Positions 8,572 to 21,095 of a stretch of 64,000 nucleotides of DNA are shown piece by piece. Source of the stretch: Vulcanimicrobiota bacterium (GTDB lineage Bacteria; Vulcanimicrobiota; Vulcanimicrobiia; Vulcanimicrobiales; Vulcanimicrobiaceae); contig PLWS01000001.1 of the NCBI GenBank assembly GCA_003151115.1, positions 51,438 to 115,437 on the forward strand, written 5' to 3'. The notes under the pieces were generated by a model that was not told where the DNA came from, ran no database searches, and saw nothing but the letters and a program-made list of their open reading frames with translations. Each line of letters starts with the position of its first letter. Within the stretch, counting starts at the first letter, position 1. The position numbers were made by a program, and so were the translations under genes.

Positions 8572-9878
8572 TCGTGTAAACTCTCGATGTCCCTTTCGAC
8601 GTCGTTGGTCAGATCGATACCGCCCGGCGCGGCTTCGATATTGATCAGAACGACTTGCAATCCGCGTTTCGCCGCCACTGTTCCGGCGTCACGCCGTATC
8701 TGTTCCACCATTTTGTTGTAGAGATCGTCCCGCTCGCGCTGCAGCTGTCCCAGCTGGGTGTTCGCAGCGCCGGTCGCCGACGCATCCGCGCCTTGCAGTT
8801 CGGCATAGCGGGCGTCGAGCTCGGCCTTGGTCGCTTGGTACTGCGCGATGGTCTTCTGCGCGTCCGTTTGGAATTGCGCCTTGAAATTGCGATCGATTTG
8901 CGCGATGCGGTCGCGCGTGGCCGCCGGCAGGTTAGAAGGCACGGCGTTCGGGCGCAGACCTTGGAGCTGCGACGATACCGCTTGGGAAACTTCGTTGCGG
9001 CGCGTCTGCAGCTTGGCTTGCGTGTCCGCGTGAATCTTCGCGGACTGCGCGGTCATCTCGCTGCGCACTTGGCCATTCAGCTGCGCGCGGTAAGCCGCAA
9101 GGGTCTGCTGATCGCGGGCGCGTTGCGCCGTTACGGCGGCTGCTTCGCGTTGGTCGAGGGCGGCCAGCTCGTCGCGGTATTGTTTGCGTGTAGCGTCGGG
9201 CAGCGCCAGGCCGTTCAGCTTCATGCGCAGCTGCAAACGCTTGTCGGCGTCAGCCTGCGAAAGTTCGAGGGAGAGCTGCGACTCGCGCTCTTGGAGCTGC
9301 GTTGCACGCTGGCCGAATGCGCGATCCGCGCGTGCGCTCAGTTGCGCGCCGATCGATTGGAGCGCGGCATTCGACTGCGTGACGACGCTCTGCTGATACT
9401 GCGCGAAATCACTGTTCGCTTGCGCGGTGACTTGCTGCGCTTGCGAAGCGGTGATGCTCTGCATCGCCTGCGCGCTCTGCGCGCCGTTGGTTCCGGCGCC
9501 CGCCGCGGCCAGGGCCGCCGAGATCGCCGCTTGTTCGCGCTGCGCGTAGTCCAGCTGTTTTTGACGCAAGATGCCGTTGGCGCGATCTTGTGCGGCTTTC
9601 AGCTCGGCGTTGAGTTCCTTGGTTTGCACCGCAATCTGCTTGCCTGTGTGCGGCACGGCGCCAGCGCCGAGCGAATGCAAACCGAGGGCGTCGATCGAGT
9701 CGTCGATCTGAGAGAGCTGCGGATATAGCGGATGCTTCTTCAGAACTTCTTCGAGCCGCACGTAGCCGATGCCGCGCACGTTCGGATCGTCGGCGCGCTG
9801 CTGAGCGCATCCCGCAAGCACAACGATCGCTGCCGCTAGCCCTGCGAAGATGTTCCTACTTGACTGCATTTTGGACAT
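8568..9878 (-). CDS. Giant Skp/OmpH-like lipoprotein with a greatly extended coiled coil (paralog 2)
   Basis: ORF 8568..9902; I prefer the start at MSKMQSS.. Lipobox VLAGC. OmpH-like N-end (IGYVRLEEVLKKHPLY) and C-end (RGLQVVLINIEAAPGGIDLTNDVERDI) are separated by more than 300 aa of Q/A/L-rich heptad-like sequence. Confidence 0.7.
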   Translation of the reverse strand: MSKMQSSRNIFAGLAAAIVVLAGCAQQRADDPNVRGIGYVRLEEVLKKHPLYPQLSQIDDSIDALGLHSLGAGAVPHTGKQIAVQTKELNAELKAAQDRANGILRQKQLDYAQREQAAISAALAAAGAGTNGAQSAQAMQSITASQAQQVTAQANSDFAQYQQSVVTQSNAALQSIGAQLSARADRAFGQRATQLQERESQLSLELSQADADKRLQLRMKLNGLALPDATRKQYRDELAALDQREAAAVTAQRARDQQTLAAYRAQLNGQVRSEMTAQSAKIHADTQAKLQTRRNEVSQAVSSQLQGLRPNAVPSNLPAATRDRIAQIDRNFKAQFQTDAQKTIAQYQATKAELDARYAELQGADASATGAANTQLGQLQRERDDLYNKMVEQIRRDAGTVAAKRGLQVVLINIEAAPGGIDLTNDVERDIESLHE

Positions 9879-10659
9879 CGGCAGTGATGTCCGCCCCGCC
9901 ATAGATGATATCGGCCCTATCGATCACGAGGATCAGATGCTTCTGGCCGGCGACATTGGCCATGGCGCTGCGCGTCTGATCGACAAGCGGCTTGAGCGTC
10001 TTGTTCTGTTCGTCGGTGAGCGATTTCTGATACTGCTGGAAGATCTGCTGCTGCTGCTGTTGGTTGTTTTTGGCAGCCTGCATTTTTTGCAGTGCGCTTT
10101 GCCGCGCATCGTTGGCGAATTTCAGAAAGTTGTCGTTGGCCGCTTTGATCTTCGGCAGCTGATCGATCTGAGATTGATCGACGAAACCGATGACCGCGGG
10201 AGGCGGCGTACTCGCGGGCGGCACGACCGGTCCCGGACCGTTGACGAGATCTACCACGCTTTTGGTGATATTCGTTCCGCCGAAAACGACGATGCGTTTG
10301 TCGACGACAACGGAAAGCCGCTGGTTAGACGCGATCTGCGCGATGGCGGTCTGCGCGCGCGCAAAGAGCGGGCCGAGCACTTGCCGCTGTTTGTCGAGAA
10401 ACTTCTGTTGGAATTCTCCCGAGATGCGCTGCCGGTCGGCGTCGTTGCGGGCGTGTTTCATCGCGGCCGAAAACTGCGGATCGAGTTGCGCCTTATATTG
10501 CGCTACCTGCGCATTCGCGCGTTGGAATTGCGGAAGCGCGCCGACCGCGGCTTGATCCAAGTAGCCGACGTCGGTGAGATCCGCTGCGATCGCGGCCGGA
10601 GCGGCGAGCAGTGCCGCTAACGCGGCTGCCGCCAATACTATTGCTGATGTACTCTTCAT
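9856..10659 (-). CDS. Tandem double-OmpH-domain periplasmic protein (paralog 3)
   Basis: 267 aa with a cleavable signal (AIA/AD). Two OmpH modules, ending ..RLSVVVDKRIVVFGGTNITKSVVDLV and ..KHLILVIDRADIIYGGADITADVQNAV. They are joined by the proline-rich linker PGPVVPPASTPPPA. Confidence 0.75.
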   Translation of the reverse strand: MKSTSAIVLAAAALAALLAAPAAIAADLTDVGYLDQAAVGALPQFQRANAQVAQYKAQLDPQFSAAMKHARNDADRQRISGEFQQKFLDKQRQVLGPLFARAQTAIAQIASNQRLSVVVDKRIVVFGGTNITKSVVDLVNGPGPVVPPASTPPPAVIGFVDQSQIDQLPKIKAANDNFLKFANDARQSALQKMQAAKNNQQQQQQIFQQYQKSLTDEQNKTLKPLVDQTRSAMANVAGQKHLILVIDRADIIYGGADITADVQNAVK

Positions 10660-10664
10660 AGCTC

Positions 10665-12935
10665 CTAGAAGCTTTGGCCAATGCCGAAGCTGGTGTGATT
10701 GCCGTTGGCACCCTTCGCGAAGTCGATGCGAATTGTATGCAAGCCGAGCTGCGGAACATCGAAACGCAATCCGAAGCCGATGTCGCCAAGGTACGACCAG
10801 TTGGCGGGGAATCCGATGATTCTGTTCGTGTAGGGATCGAGCAGTGGAGCCGCACCGCGCACGCGCCAGCCGCCTTCATCCGCGAAGAGCGCGACCGAGA
10901 ATTTGCGGTCGGCCGTCACCGGTTTGCGCAGCTCGATCTGTCCGAGAACGGTATCGGTACCGTAGTAGACGCTGTTGTAACCGCGCAGATTCTGATCGGA
11001 GAACGTGAACAGCGCGCTCGGTGGAATCGCGCCCGTCGAAGCGCGGACCTGCCCGTGCAGCGCGAGCGTCGAGTCTTTGAGGATCGGAAAGAACTTGGCG
11101 ACGTCCAGCGTGCCTTGCGTGAACGAGAAGTTCGAGCCGATCGACGGCGTGGAGACGGTCTCGCTGAACGAGACCGTGCCGCCGCGCCGCGGATTGAAGA
11201 TGTCGTCGAGCGTCGCCGCGGGGATCGATCCCACCGAGAACGACAGCGAATTGAGCCGGTAGGGCTGGCCGGTGTTGATGTTGGCGATCGACGTCGCTTG
11301 AATGCCGAAGCTCCCGGTATTCGTCGTTAAGTTGCTGAGCGGTCCCGGCGTCGGCCCGATGATGATGTTTGGCTGGCTGGTCTGGAAGAAATACGGCGAC
11401 GGCACGGTGGTGCTGTTCGTGACGTTTTCGGCATTGATGCCGATTTGCGCCAGCAAGCTCTCTGACATGCGCCGCCCGACTTGCAGCGAGACGCCGGCGG
11501 TCTTCGCGGTGCTCGTCGCAACCACGCCGCTAAGCAGCGCCGCATTATTGGAAGGCAGCAGCGTCACCGGAATAGGCTGCGTCAGATCGGTTGCTGTGTT
11601 GCCGATTGCGGTCGTATACACCGGATAGAAATACGTGTTGCCGTTGGCAAAGATCGTCGCGCCGAAGCTGTAACGTTGTGACTTCGCCGAGTTGCCGAAG
11701 TACGGAATGGTGACCGAGGCTTGCGTGACGTAACTGCTCGATCCGCGTTCGAACTGGACGCTCGCGCCGTTACCGGTGCCGTGCAGGTTGTTGTCGCTGT
11801 ATCCGATCGTTCCGTAGAGGCCTTGACCCGTGATGCCGCCGGAATAGCCCGCGCCGATCGAAGCTTGCGCGGTCTTCTGCTCGGTGACGACCCAGTCGAG
11901 CACGACGCAGCCCGGATCTTTTTTCTCCATCTCGTCGGGGCAGGGTTTGGGATTGATGTCGACCTTCGAAAAGAACTGCGTGTTGTTCAGGCGTTCCAAA
12001 TCGCGCTGCACGCCTCCCTTCGTCACGATCTGCCCCGGCTGAAGCGCGAGCTGACGGCGGATGACCTGATCTTTCGTCTTGGTGTTGCCCGTGATTTGAA
12101 CCAGGCCCACGCGTGCGACGTAGATGTCGTAGGTTACGGCGGCCGTTCCGGCTTTCGGATCGACGGTGGTCGCGTCGATGCCGCCTTCAAACCCGCCGAG
12201 GATCAGGTTGTACTTGTCCTGATAGAGCGCTTGCAGCGTCTGATAATCTTTATCGCGCAACGCGTCCGAATACTCGACGCCCGGTTTAACGCTGAGCGCC
12301 GGCAAAATCAATGTAGGCGGAATCACCGGGTCGCCGCCGATCTTGACGGCCGTGATCGTCAAGCCTTCTTTGATGTCCAGCGTGACGGAGCCGGTCTGAC
12401 TATTGATGTCGAGGTTGGCCACGTGAGACGGAAGCTGTCCCTGGTAGCCGATGCGATCGTAATAAGAATTGATCTTCAGGAAGTCTTGCCGCATCGTATT
12501 GGTGTTGAGAACTTGGCCGACCGACGAGTCCATCAGCGCCAGCAGCGTGTCCGCCGGCACGTGGGTATTTCCCTGAAAGCTAATCTTCGTGATGACCGGA
12601 TTTTCGATCACGCGATAGGTGATCGCGATTCCATTGGGGCGCTGGCGGATCAGCGGCGCGGCCTGATCGGCAAAATAGCCCAGCGCGAAGATGCGCTGCA
12701 GGTCGCCTTGCACGACCTTGGGATCGTAGGCCTGGCCAGGCTTGGCCGCGATGACGTTCATGATGGTCGCGGTGGGTACGTGAACGTTTCCGGAGACGTC
12801 GACTGAGACGATCGGCGGCGCAGTCGCGGAGATCGCTTGGGCAGGCGTCAACAGCGATGTTATCGTGGCGAGTGTGAGGACGATGCCAGCACACCGTTGG
12901 AGCACGCCGCGCGCACCCCGGAAGCTCGAGGTCAT
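10665..12935 (-). CDS. bamA: Outer membrane protein assembly factor BamA (POTRA domains plus beta-barrel)
   Basis: ORF 10665..13295 trimmed to ATG 12935..12933 with an AGGAAG RBS 9 nt upstream. Signal peptide, POTRA-like repeats (VSVDVSGNVHVPTATIMNVIAAKPGQAYD..), aromatic-rich barrel ending ..GNHTSFGIGQSF. Confidence 0.9.
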   Translation of the reverse strand: MTSSFRGARGVLQRCAGIVLTLATITSLLTPAQAISATAPPIVSVDVSGNVHVPTATIMNVIAAKPGQAYDPKVVQGDLQRIFALGYFADQAAPLIRQRPNGIAITYRVIENPVITKISFQGNTHVPADTLLALMDSSVGQVLNTNTMRQDFLKINSYYDRIGYQGQLPSHVANLDINSQTGSVTLDIKEGLTITAVKIGGDPVIPPTLILPALSVKPGVEYSDALRDKDYQTLQALYQDKYNLILGGFEGGIDATTVDPKAGTAAVTYDIYVARVGLVQITGNTKTKDQVIRRQLALQPGQIVTKGGVQRDLERLNNTQFFSKVDINPKPCPDEMEKKDPGCVVLDWVVTEQKTAQASIGAGYSGGITGQGLYGTIGYSDNNLHGTGNGASVQFERGSSSYVTQASVTIPYFGNSAKSQRYSFGATIFANGNTYFYPVYTTAIGNTATDLTQPIPVTLLPSNNAALLSGVVATSTAKTAGVSLQVGRRMSESLLAQIGINAENVTNSTTVPSPYFFQTSQPNIIIGPTPGPLSNLTTNTGSFGIQATSIANINTGQPYRLNSLSFSVGSIPAATLDDIFNPRRGGTVSFSETVSTPSIGSNFSFTQGTLDVAKFFPILKDSTLALHGQVRASTGAIPPSALFTFSDQNLRGYNSVYYGTDTVLGQIELRKPVTADRKFSVALFADEGGWRVRGAAPLLDPYTNRIIGFPANWSYLGDIGFGLRFDVPQLGLHTIRIDFAKGANGNHTSFGIGQSF

Positions 12936-13068
12936 CAACAATATCTTCCTTGAGAATACGAGTGGTCTAACGCCCGTGGCGTCAGCTCCGTAACGCGTCC
13001 GACGCCCGCGCCGTTTCGGCCCGCACCGCCTGTTCGAGGCCACCCCCGACCATCCTTGCCAAGCGTGG

Positions 13069-16000
13069 TTAAAACAGCCTCTGATAAAGGAACGTGAAGC
13101 CGTTGGTTCCTTGCAAGGCTTGCCCGGTTGCCGCGCGCTGGTTGGTCTGGAGGGCCTGGGTAGCGGACTGAAAGAGCGGCGTGGGCCCCTGCTGCATGAA
13201 CATCGTGAACTGAGCCGAGGTGAAGGTGTTGGGCTGGTAGACGAACCCGACGGTCTGCCGGACGGGCACGCCCAGCGTCGTACCGTAGAGCGCATAGAAA
13301 TTCTTGGCCAGCAAGCGGCGGAAGTTAACGCCGAAATTGCCGGTGTAATCGAGCGTCAGATTGACGTCGTTGAGACCCAGGTTCGTTCCGAGCGCGTTCT
13401 CGATCGGCGCCAGCAGACCGCTAACGAACTGGGCGTTGAAAATATTGAAGGCTTCCTGTCCGATCGTGAGCACGCCGTTCTCGCGCTGCACGTAGAGGTT
13501 TGGCGGCAGCAGGCCGGTCGAGGTGCCGGGCGGAGGCGCACCGTTCAATTGCCCGGGCGGCAGCGGAATGCCGGTATCGCTGAACTGGATCGGGCCGATT
13601 AAGTTGCCGAAGGGCAAGAGCAGCGCGATGATCTGCTGCTGGGTATAGCCCGCCGGATCGGACTGGAAGGCGAGGTGAGGGCTGGTCACCGGACCGTTGA
13701 CGGTGACCGTGATATCGGCGGAGCCGGTGGGATTGCGCGCGCCGTTGGGATCGGGATTGGTGACGTGCGTCGTACCAACCGCATAGATGTCGGGAATAAC
13801 GCCGTTGGCCGGATCGAACGTGACCGTTCCCGTGCGAACCTTAAATGCGTGATCGATGTACGTTAGGGTACCACCGGCGGAATTGAATTCTCCTGAGAGC
13901 GTCGGCTGCAAAAGCGTTCCCGCCAATAAAACGGAGCCTTCACCCGCGATATCCAGGCCGAAAATGCCGGCGCCTCCGCCGCGCACGCGCACGTTCTTGC
14001 CCGCGGTGATCGCCAGATTGAAACCGAGATTGAACGGCGGTCCCGACGGCGCCTCACCCGGCGTCGCCGGCGTGCCTCCAAATTTCAGGAACGCGGCGAA
14101 CGGCACGGTGGAATCGGTGAGCGACGCGGTGCCGGTCAGCGTAGCCAAACGCCCGGGCACGCGCGCCAGCGTCGCCGCCGACGTCAGCGTATACGTTCCG
14201 TACTGCGGCAGATTCAATTGCGCGCGCGTCGTTTTCACTGCGATCGAATATCCGAGCGGTCCGCCGTGAATGCCGCCGCCGAAGTCGAGCCGCCCCGAAC
14301 CCGTGAGCGTTCCCGTTCCGGGACTGGCCTGCAGACGGTCGAGCGTCGCGTGCGTTCCCAAGAACGTGATCTGCGCGACGGTTTTCGTGATCGGCGTCGT
14401 TTCGATCGCGCTGCTGTACGATCCGCCGGCCACCGCGAGTTGTCCGAGAATAAGCGGGTTGCCGACGGTTCCCGACACGCCCATGTGTCCGCTCAGCGTG
14501 CCGCCGAGCTTCGTATCGTTTCCGAGAAACGCGCTGAACGACGAAAGGTCGACGGCATTGGCGAGAAAGTCCATCGAGACCGGCGCGGACGGCGGTCCGA
14601 ACGTAAACGGCGACAACTGGATCGGCAGCGACCCCGCAATCGCCGCGCTGCCTTTGACGAAGCTGAACTCCGCGTTGCGCACGACTAAGTCGTTGCCGCG
14701 CAGCGCGACCTGCCCGGCCAGCGACGGCATCACGATACCGTAAGCGTTGACGTTCGTCCCGGCGACGGCGGCCGAAATCGCCGGGTTGCTAAAGGTTCCG
14801 TTCAAGTGCAGCGTCGTTTCGAGCTGCCCAGTTACGTCGATGTGCTTCTTGGTCGCTTGCGCGACGAGCCGCGGCAGATCGGTGGTGACCGCGTGCACGG
14901 TCAAATCGATCGGGGACTTCGGCGCAAAGCCGAAGCTGCCCGAACCGCTGGCGTCGAGTGCCGGCAGCGCGAGCGTGAGCCGCGTTACGTCGATCCGGTC
15001 GCCCGACGAACGCACCGCGACTTCGCCGCGTTCGATCGGCAGCGGCCCGAGCGTCCCTTGCAAGATCGCCGCGTTTCCGGTCAAGCCTAAGTGCGGATAT
15101 GCACCGCTTACCGCGACCGTGCCATTGATGCGGCCCGTGATCGGCGCCTGCGGGAATCCGAAGGCCGGGAGCCACGTGCCGAGATCGATGTCGCTAAGCG
15201 TCCCCGAAATCTGGTAGCGCGAGCGCGTGATCAGCGATCTCAGATCCCCGGTGTGCGCGAACGCGACCGTTCCGGCAGCGCGCAGACGCCCGTGGCTGCC
15301 GCCCACCGCGACGTTGAGCTGCAGTATGTTGCGCAAGCTGGTCCAGTGCGCGTACGTGTCGCCGATCGGGAAACGTCTGTACCGCAAGTTGGCTATGCCG
15401 ACGTCGCCGGAAGTAAAAACCAGCCCGTCGTACTGCGCGAACGCCAAGTTCAAGTTTCCGTGACCGGCGAGCGTGTCGCCGGTATCGAAGTAGTCGTTGA
15501 AGTCGGAAAGATCGGCCTTGCGCGATTGCAGCGAAAACGCCGTCTCGCCCCTGGCGACCGTCGCGGAGAAATTCGCTTTCGTCGTCACGACTTGCACCGT
15601 GCCGTTGCGCACGGCGACGCCGCCGCGGCTTGCCGAAAGCTGTCCGGCCGCGTCGGAAAATCCCAACCCGTTGATCTCGCCCACCGGCACGCCGACCGAG
15701 CCCGTTATCGACGGGCTGCTGCCGGTGCCGCCCACGTTCACGTCGGCGACGAAACTTCCGTCCGCGCGGTAGGTCGGCACGTGCGCGATGCGCGCGACCT
15801 CCGAAATATTGCCGACCGGAACTTGCGCGCGCAGATCGTACTGCGGCGAACCCGACGTCAAGCCGTCAATCGCGCCGTTGACGTCGGCAAACGTCGTGCC
15901 GAGCGCGGCTAAGCCGTTGCGCACTTGCAGCGTGTCGTTTGCGACGCCGATCTCCGCGCTGGCCGAAAACGGACCGTAGCCGGCCGCGGTGCCGTTTTGC

Positions 16001-18318
16001 AAAACGATGCCGGCGTCGATGCCGGGAATGCCTTGACCGGGCATGATCGCACCGAACGCGACGAGCGATCCTCCGCTGACCGGAACGCCGAAGCTCGCGA
16101 GCATGCCGGCGTCGAGCTGCGTGGTGGCGATCGCCATCCGCGATTGCGTGGCGGGAGAGTTCGTGTTGAACGAACCCGCCGCGACGATGTCGCCTCCGGC
16201 CGCGTGCGCTTGTGCCGAATACACGGTCAACACGCCGCGATCGTAAGCCATCGTACCGGAAATGCTTTGCACCGGGATGCCGCGGATCGTCGCGCCCCGC
16301 AGCTGAGCGTTCTGCGCCTGCACGTAGATCTTGCCTTGCGCGATCGCTATTCCAACGGCGCCGTTAATCGAGCCTTGCGCGGGGAAATTGCCGATGAACG
16401 GGCGCAAGCCTTGCAGCGTGCCGGAGTAGTTGCCGCGCGCGATGAGCGCCGAGGGCGAGAACGACCCGCGCCCGTCAAACGTGCCCCACGGCCCGGTCGC
16501 GCGCACCGAGCTCAATTCCGCGGCTTCAAACGGGCCGGCAAACTGCGCGTGAATACTTTTGAACGGTACGCCGGAGATCAGCGCGGGCGCCATGTCGACC
16601 GATCCGCCGATCACGGAGTTCGCCGCCGATCCCGTGCCCGCGATATTCGCTTGCACGATGTGCGCGTCGATGGGCGGCAGTTCGGGAATCTGCACGCCCG
16701 GCAATCCCACGGGCGAGGGCTGGAGCAGCCGCACGTTATCGACCGACGCCCAGAAGGCGCTGTTTCCGTGCGGCCGGTCCAAAGCAAACGCGGCGACGAG
16801 CGTGCCGCCCGCCGCAGTCCGCACCGAGATCGGACCGAACGTGCCGGTACCGTTTTGATCGATGTTGTAAAACCCGTTGATGTCGTTGGGATGGCTCAGC
16901 GAAACCAGATATCCGCGGCCATTGATCTTCAGATCAGTTCCGCTCAGCAAGGCTTCGGCGTTGATCGTTTGATCGGCAACGAGCGCGCCTATGTATGGCA
17001 GCCTGTTCGACGGACCGAACGCGTGGAGGACCAAAGTGGACGCGACCTGACGGCCCAGCTGCATCGTGCCTTGGACGTGCAGACTCATGCCGCTGTACTG
17101 CCCGTGGAACGGCAAGATGACCAAGTCGCTTCCATAGAGTGCGACCATGCCGCGCGGATTATCGATCGGAACGTCCTGATAGTTGAAGCGCTTTCCGTCA
17201 AAGCCGATCCAGAGCAGCGGGTTGTCGATATTGCCTTCGACCAGCGCGTGAATGCGCAGGCCACCGTATACCGGCAGACCTTTGGCGAAGCTCGCGATCT
17301 CTTTGAGGTAACGCAGATCGCCGCGTCCCTCGAATCCGAGCCGGAACTGCGGGTTACGGAAATTGAAGATGCCGCCGGCGATCACGATTGGAATGTGACC
17401 CACGGTGGCGCTCAAACGCCGGGCGGCGAAACCGCCGTCGAAAATGTTGATCGGTCCGTCGAGCTGGCGGATCGGCGAGTCGAGTCCGCGCACTTCCATC
17501 GATCCTTTGGCCAAGTATCCCGCACCGATGATGTGATAGGCGGTCGTCTCGTTCGGCTTGACATCGAAGGCGTACATGCGTACGTCCATGCCGCGCACCA
17601 CGCCGCCGAGCAAACGCGCGGCCGGCGAATCGATGAAGTAATTGCCGATCGTTTGGATGGGAATCGCGCGCACCTGCACGTGGTGCAAAGCGTAGCCTTT
17701 GATGTAGTCGATCGTGCCGACAGCGCGGAACGGCTGCGTGCCGGCGTCTTCGAGATCGCCGGTAGCCACGTAATGCGTTACCTTCACCGTATCGAGGTTG
17801 AGGTCGACGTTGATATGGTCGACGCGCTGCAAGCGGCTTTCCTTATAATAGCGGTACTGATCGATCAGCGAGGCGCGCCCGTCGCGGATGCGCAGCGTCA
17901 TTTGCATCGGGATCGCGTTGGGGTGCGGAAGGTGGGCCGGCCCGGCCGCCGCGCTCGGAGGCAGCGCGACGTTGTACGTGCCGTTCTGATTGTGGATCAG
18001 CGTGATGTATGGACGGTCGATCGTAACGGCCAGCAGCCCAAAACGGTGCTTACTGCCGGGCAGCAGATCGCGCAAGCTGTAAAAGACGTCGACTCGGTTG
18101 GCGTCGAGCACCGTCTGTCCGTGTCGCGAGATGTGCACGCCGACGAAAGCCGCATGGCCGCCGCCGTAGCGCAGATCCTTCATTTGAATGGAATAGCCGG
18201 TGGCAATGCCCGAAAGAGAGGTGATCGCGACGCGCGTCACACTGTTGTGGAAAATCACCACGACCGCAATCGCCGCAAGCACCAGCGCTGCGGCTGCGGT
18301 CCAGATCCCTTTGCGCAA
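13069..18318 (-). CDS. tamB: TamB/AsmA-like translocation and assembly module protein
   Basis: 1749 aa. N-terminal membrane anchor (AAAALVLAAIAVVVIF). Very long beta-rich G/T/A/V body. DUF490-like C-terminus. Immediately upstream of bamA. Confidence 0.8.
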   Translation of the reverse strand: MRKGIWTAAAALVLAAIAVVVIFHNSVTRVAITSLSGIATGYSIQMKDLRYGGGHAAFVGVHISRHGQTVLDANRVDVFYSLRDLLPGSKHRFGLLAVTIDRPYITLIHNQNGTYNVALPPSAAAGPAHLPHPNAIPMQMTLRIRDGRASLIDQYRYYKESRLQRVDHINVDLNLDTVKVTHYVATGDLEDAGTQPFRAVGTIDYIKGYALHHVQVRAIPIQTIGNYFIDSPAARLLGGVVRGMDVRMYAFDVKPNETTAYHIIGAGYLAKGSMEVRGLDSPIRQLDGPINIFDGGFAARRLSATVGHIPIVIAGGIFNFRNPQFRLGFEGRGDLRYLKEIASFAKGLPVYGGLRIHALVEGNIDNPLLWIGFDGKRFNYQDVPIDNPRGMVALYGSDLVILPFHGQYSGMSLHVQGTMQLGRQVASTLVLHAFGPSNRLPYIGALVADQTINAEALLSGTDLKINGRGYLVSLSHPNDINGFYNIDQNGTGTFGPISVRTAAGGTLVAAFALDRPHGNSAFWASVDNVRLLQPSPVGLPGVQIPELPPIDAHIVQANIAGTGSAANSVIGGSVDMAPALISGVPFKSIHAQFAGPFEAAELSSVRATGPWGTFDGRGSFSPSALIARGNYSGTLQGLRPFIGNFPAQGSINGAVGIAIAQGKIYVQAQNAQLRGATIRGIPVQSISGTMAYDRGVLTVYSAQAHAAGGDIVAAGSFNTNSPATQSRMAIATTQLDAGMLASFGVPVSGGSLVAFGAIMPGQGIPGIDAGIVLQNGTAAGYGPFSASAEIGVANDTLQVRNGLAALGTTFADVNGAIDGLTSGSPQYDLRAQVPVGNISEVARIAHVPTYRADGSFVADVNVGGTGSSPSITGSVGVPVGEINGLGFSDAAGQLSASRGGVAVRNGTVQVVTTKANFSATVARGETAFSLQSRKADLSDFNDYFDTGDTLAGHGNLNLAFAQYDGLVFTSGDVGIANLRYRRFPIGDTYAHWTSLRNILQLNVAVGGSHGRLRAAGTVAFAHTGDLRSLITRSRYQISGTLSDIDLGTWLPAFGFPQAPITGRINGTVAVSGAYPHLGLTGNAAILQGTLGPLPIERGEVAVRSSGDRIDVTRLTLALPALDASGSGSFGFAPKSPIDLTVHAVTTDLPRLVAQATKKHIDVTGQLETTLHLNGTFSNPAISAAVAGTNVNAYGIVMPSLAGQVALRGNDLVVRNAEFSFVKGSAAIAGSLPIQLSPFTFGPPSAPVSMDFLANAVDLSSFSAFLGNDTKLGGTLSGHMGVSGTVGNPLILGQLAVAGGSYSSAIETTPITKTVAQITFLGTHATLDRLQASPGTGTLTGSGRLDFGGGIHGGPLGYSIAVKTTRAQLNLPQYGTYTLTSAATLARVPGRLATLTGTASLTDSTVPFAAFLKFGGTPATPGEAPSGPPFNLGFNLAITAGKNVRVRGGGAGIFGLDIAGEGSVLLAGTLLQPTLSGEFNSAGGTLTYIDHAFKVRTGTVTFDPANGVIPDIYAVGTTHVTNPDPNGARNPTGSADITVTVNGPVTSPHLAFQSDPAGYTQQQIIALLLPFGNLIGPIQFSDTGIPLPPGQLNGAPPPGTSTGLLPPNLYVQRENGVLTIGQEAFNIFNAQFVSGLLAPIENALGTNLGLNDVNLTLDYTGNFGVNFRRLLAKNFYALYGTTLGVPVRQTVGFVYQPNTFTSAQFTMFMQQGPTPLFQSATQALQTNQRAATGQALQGTNGFTFLYQRLF

Positions 18319-18379
18319 AGGTCCCTCCGCGGCCAGTTATACCCCTAACGTTGGCGGAAGCCCCGCAATCGCGGGGGAC

Positions 18380-21094
<2,715 letters not shown>

Positions 21095-21095
<1 letters not shown>

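Noticed and set aside
18361-18377. Hairpin CCCCGC-aatc-GCGGGG between the gyrB stop and the tamB start
   Set aside because: A plausible transcript-end structure for gyrB, but it has no U-tract on the minus strand. It is too weak to call a terminator.
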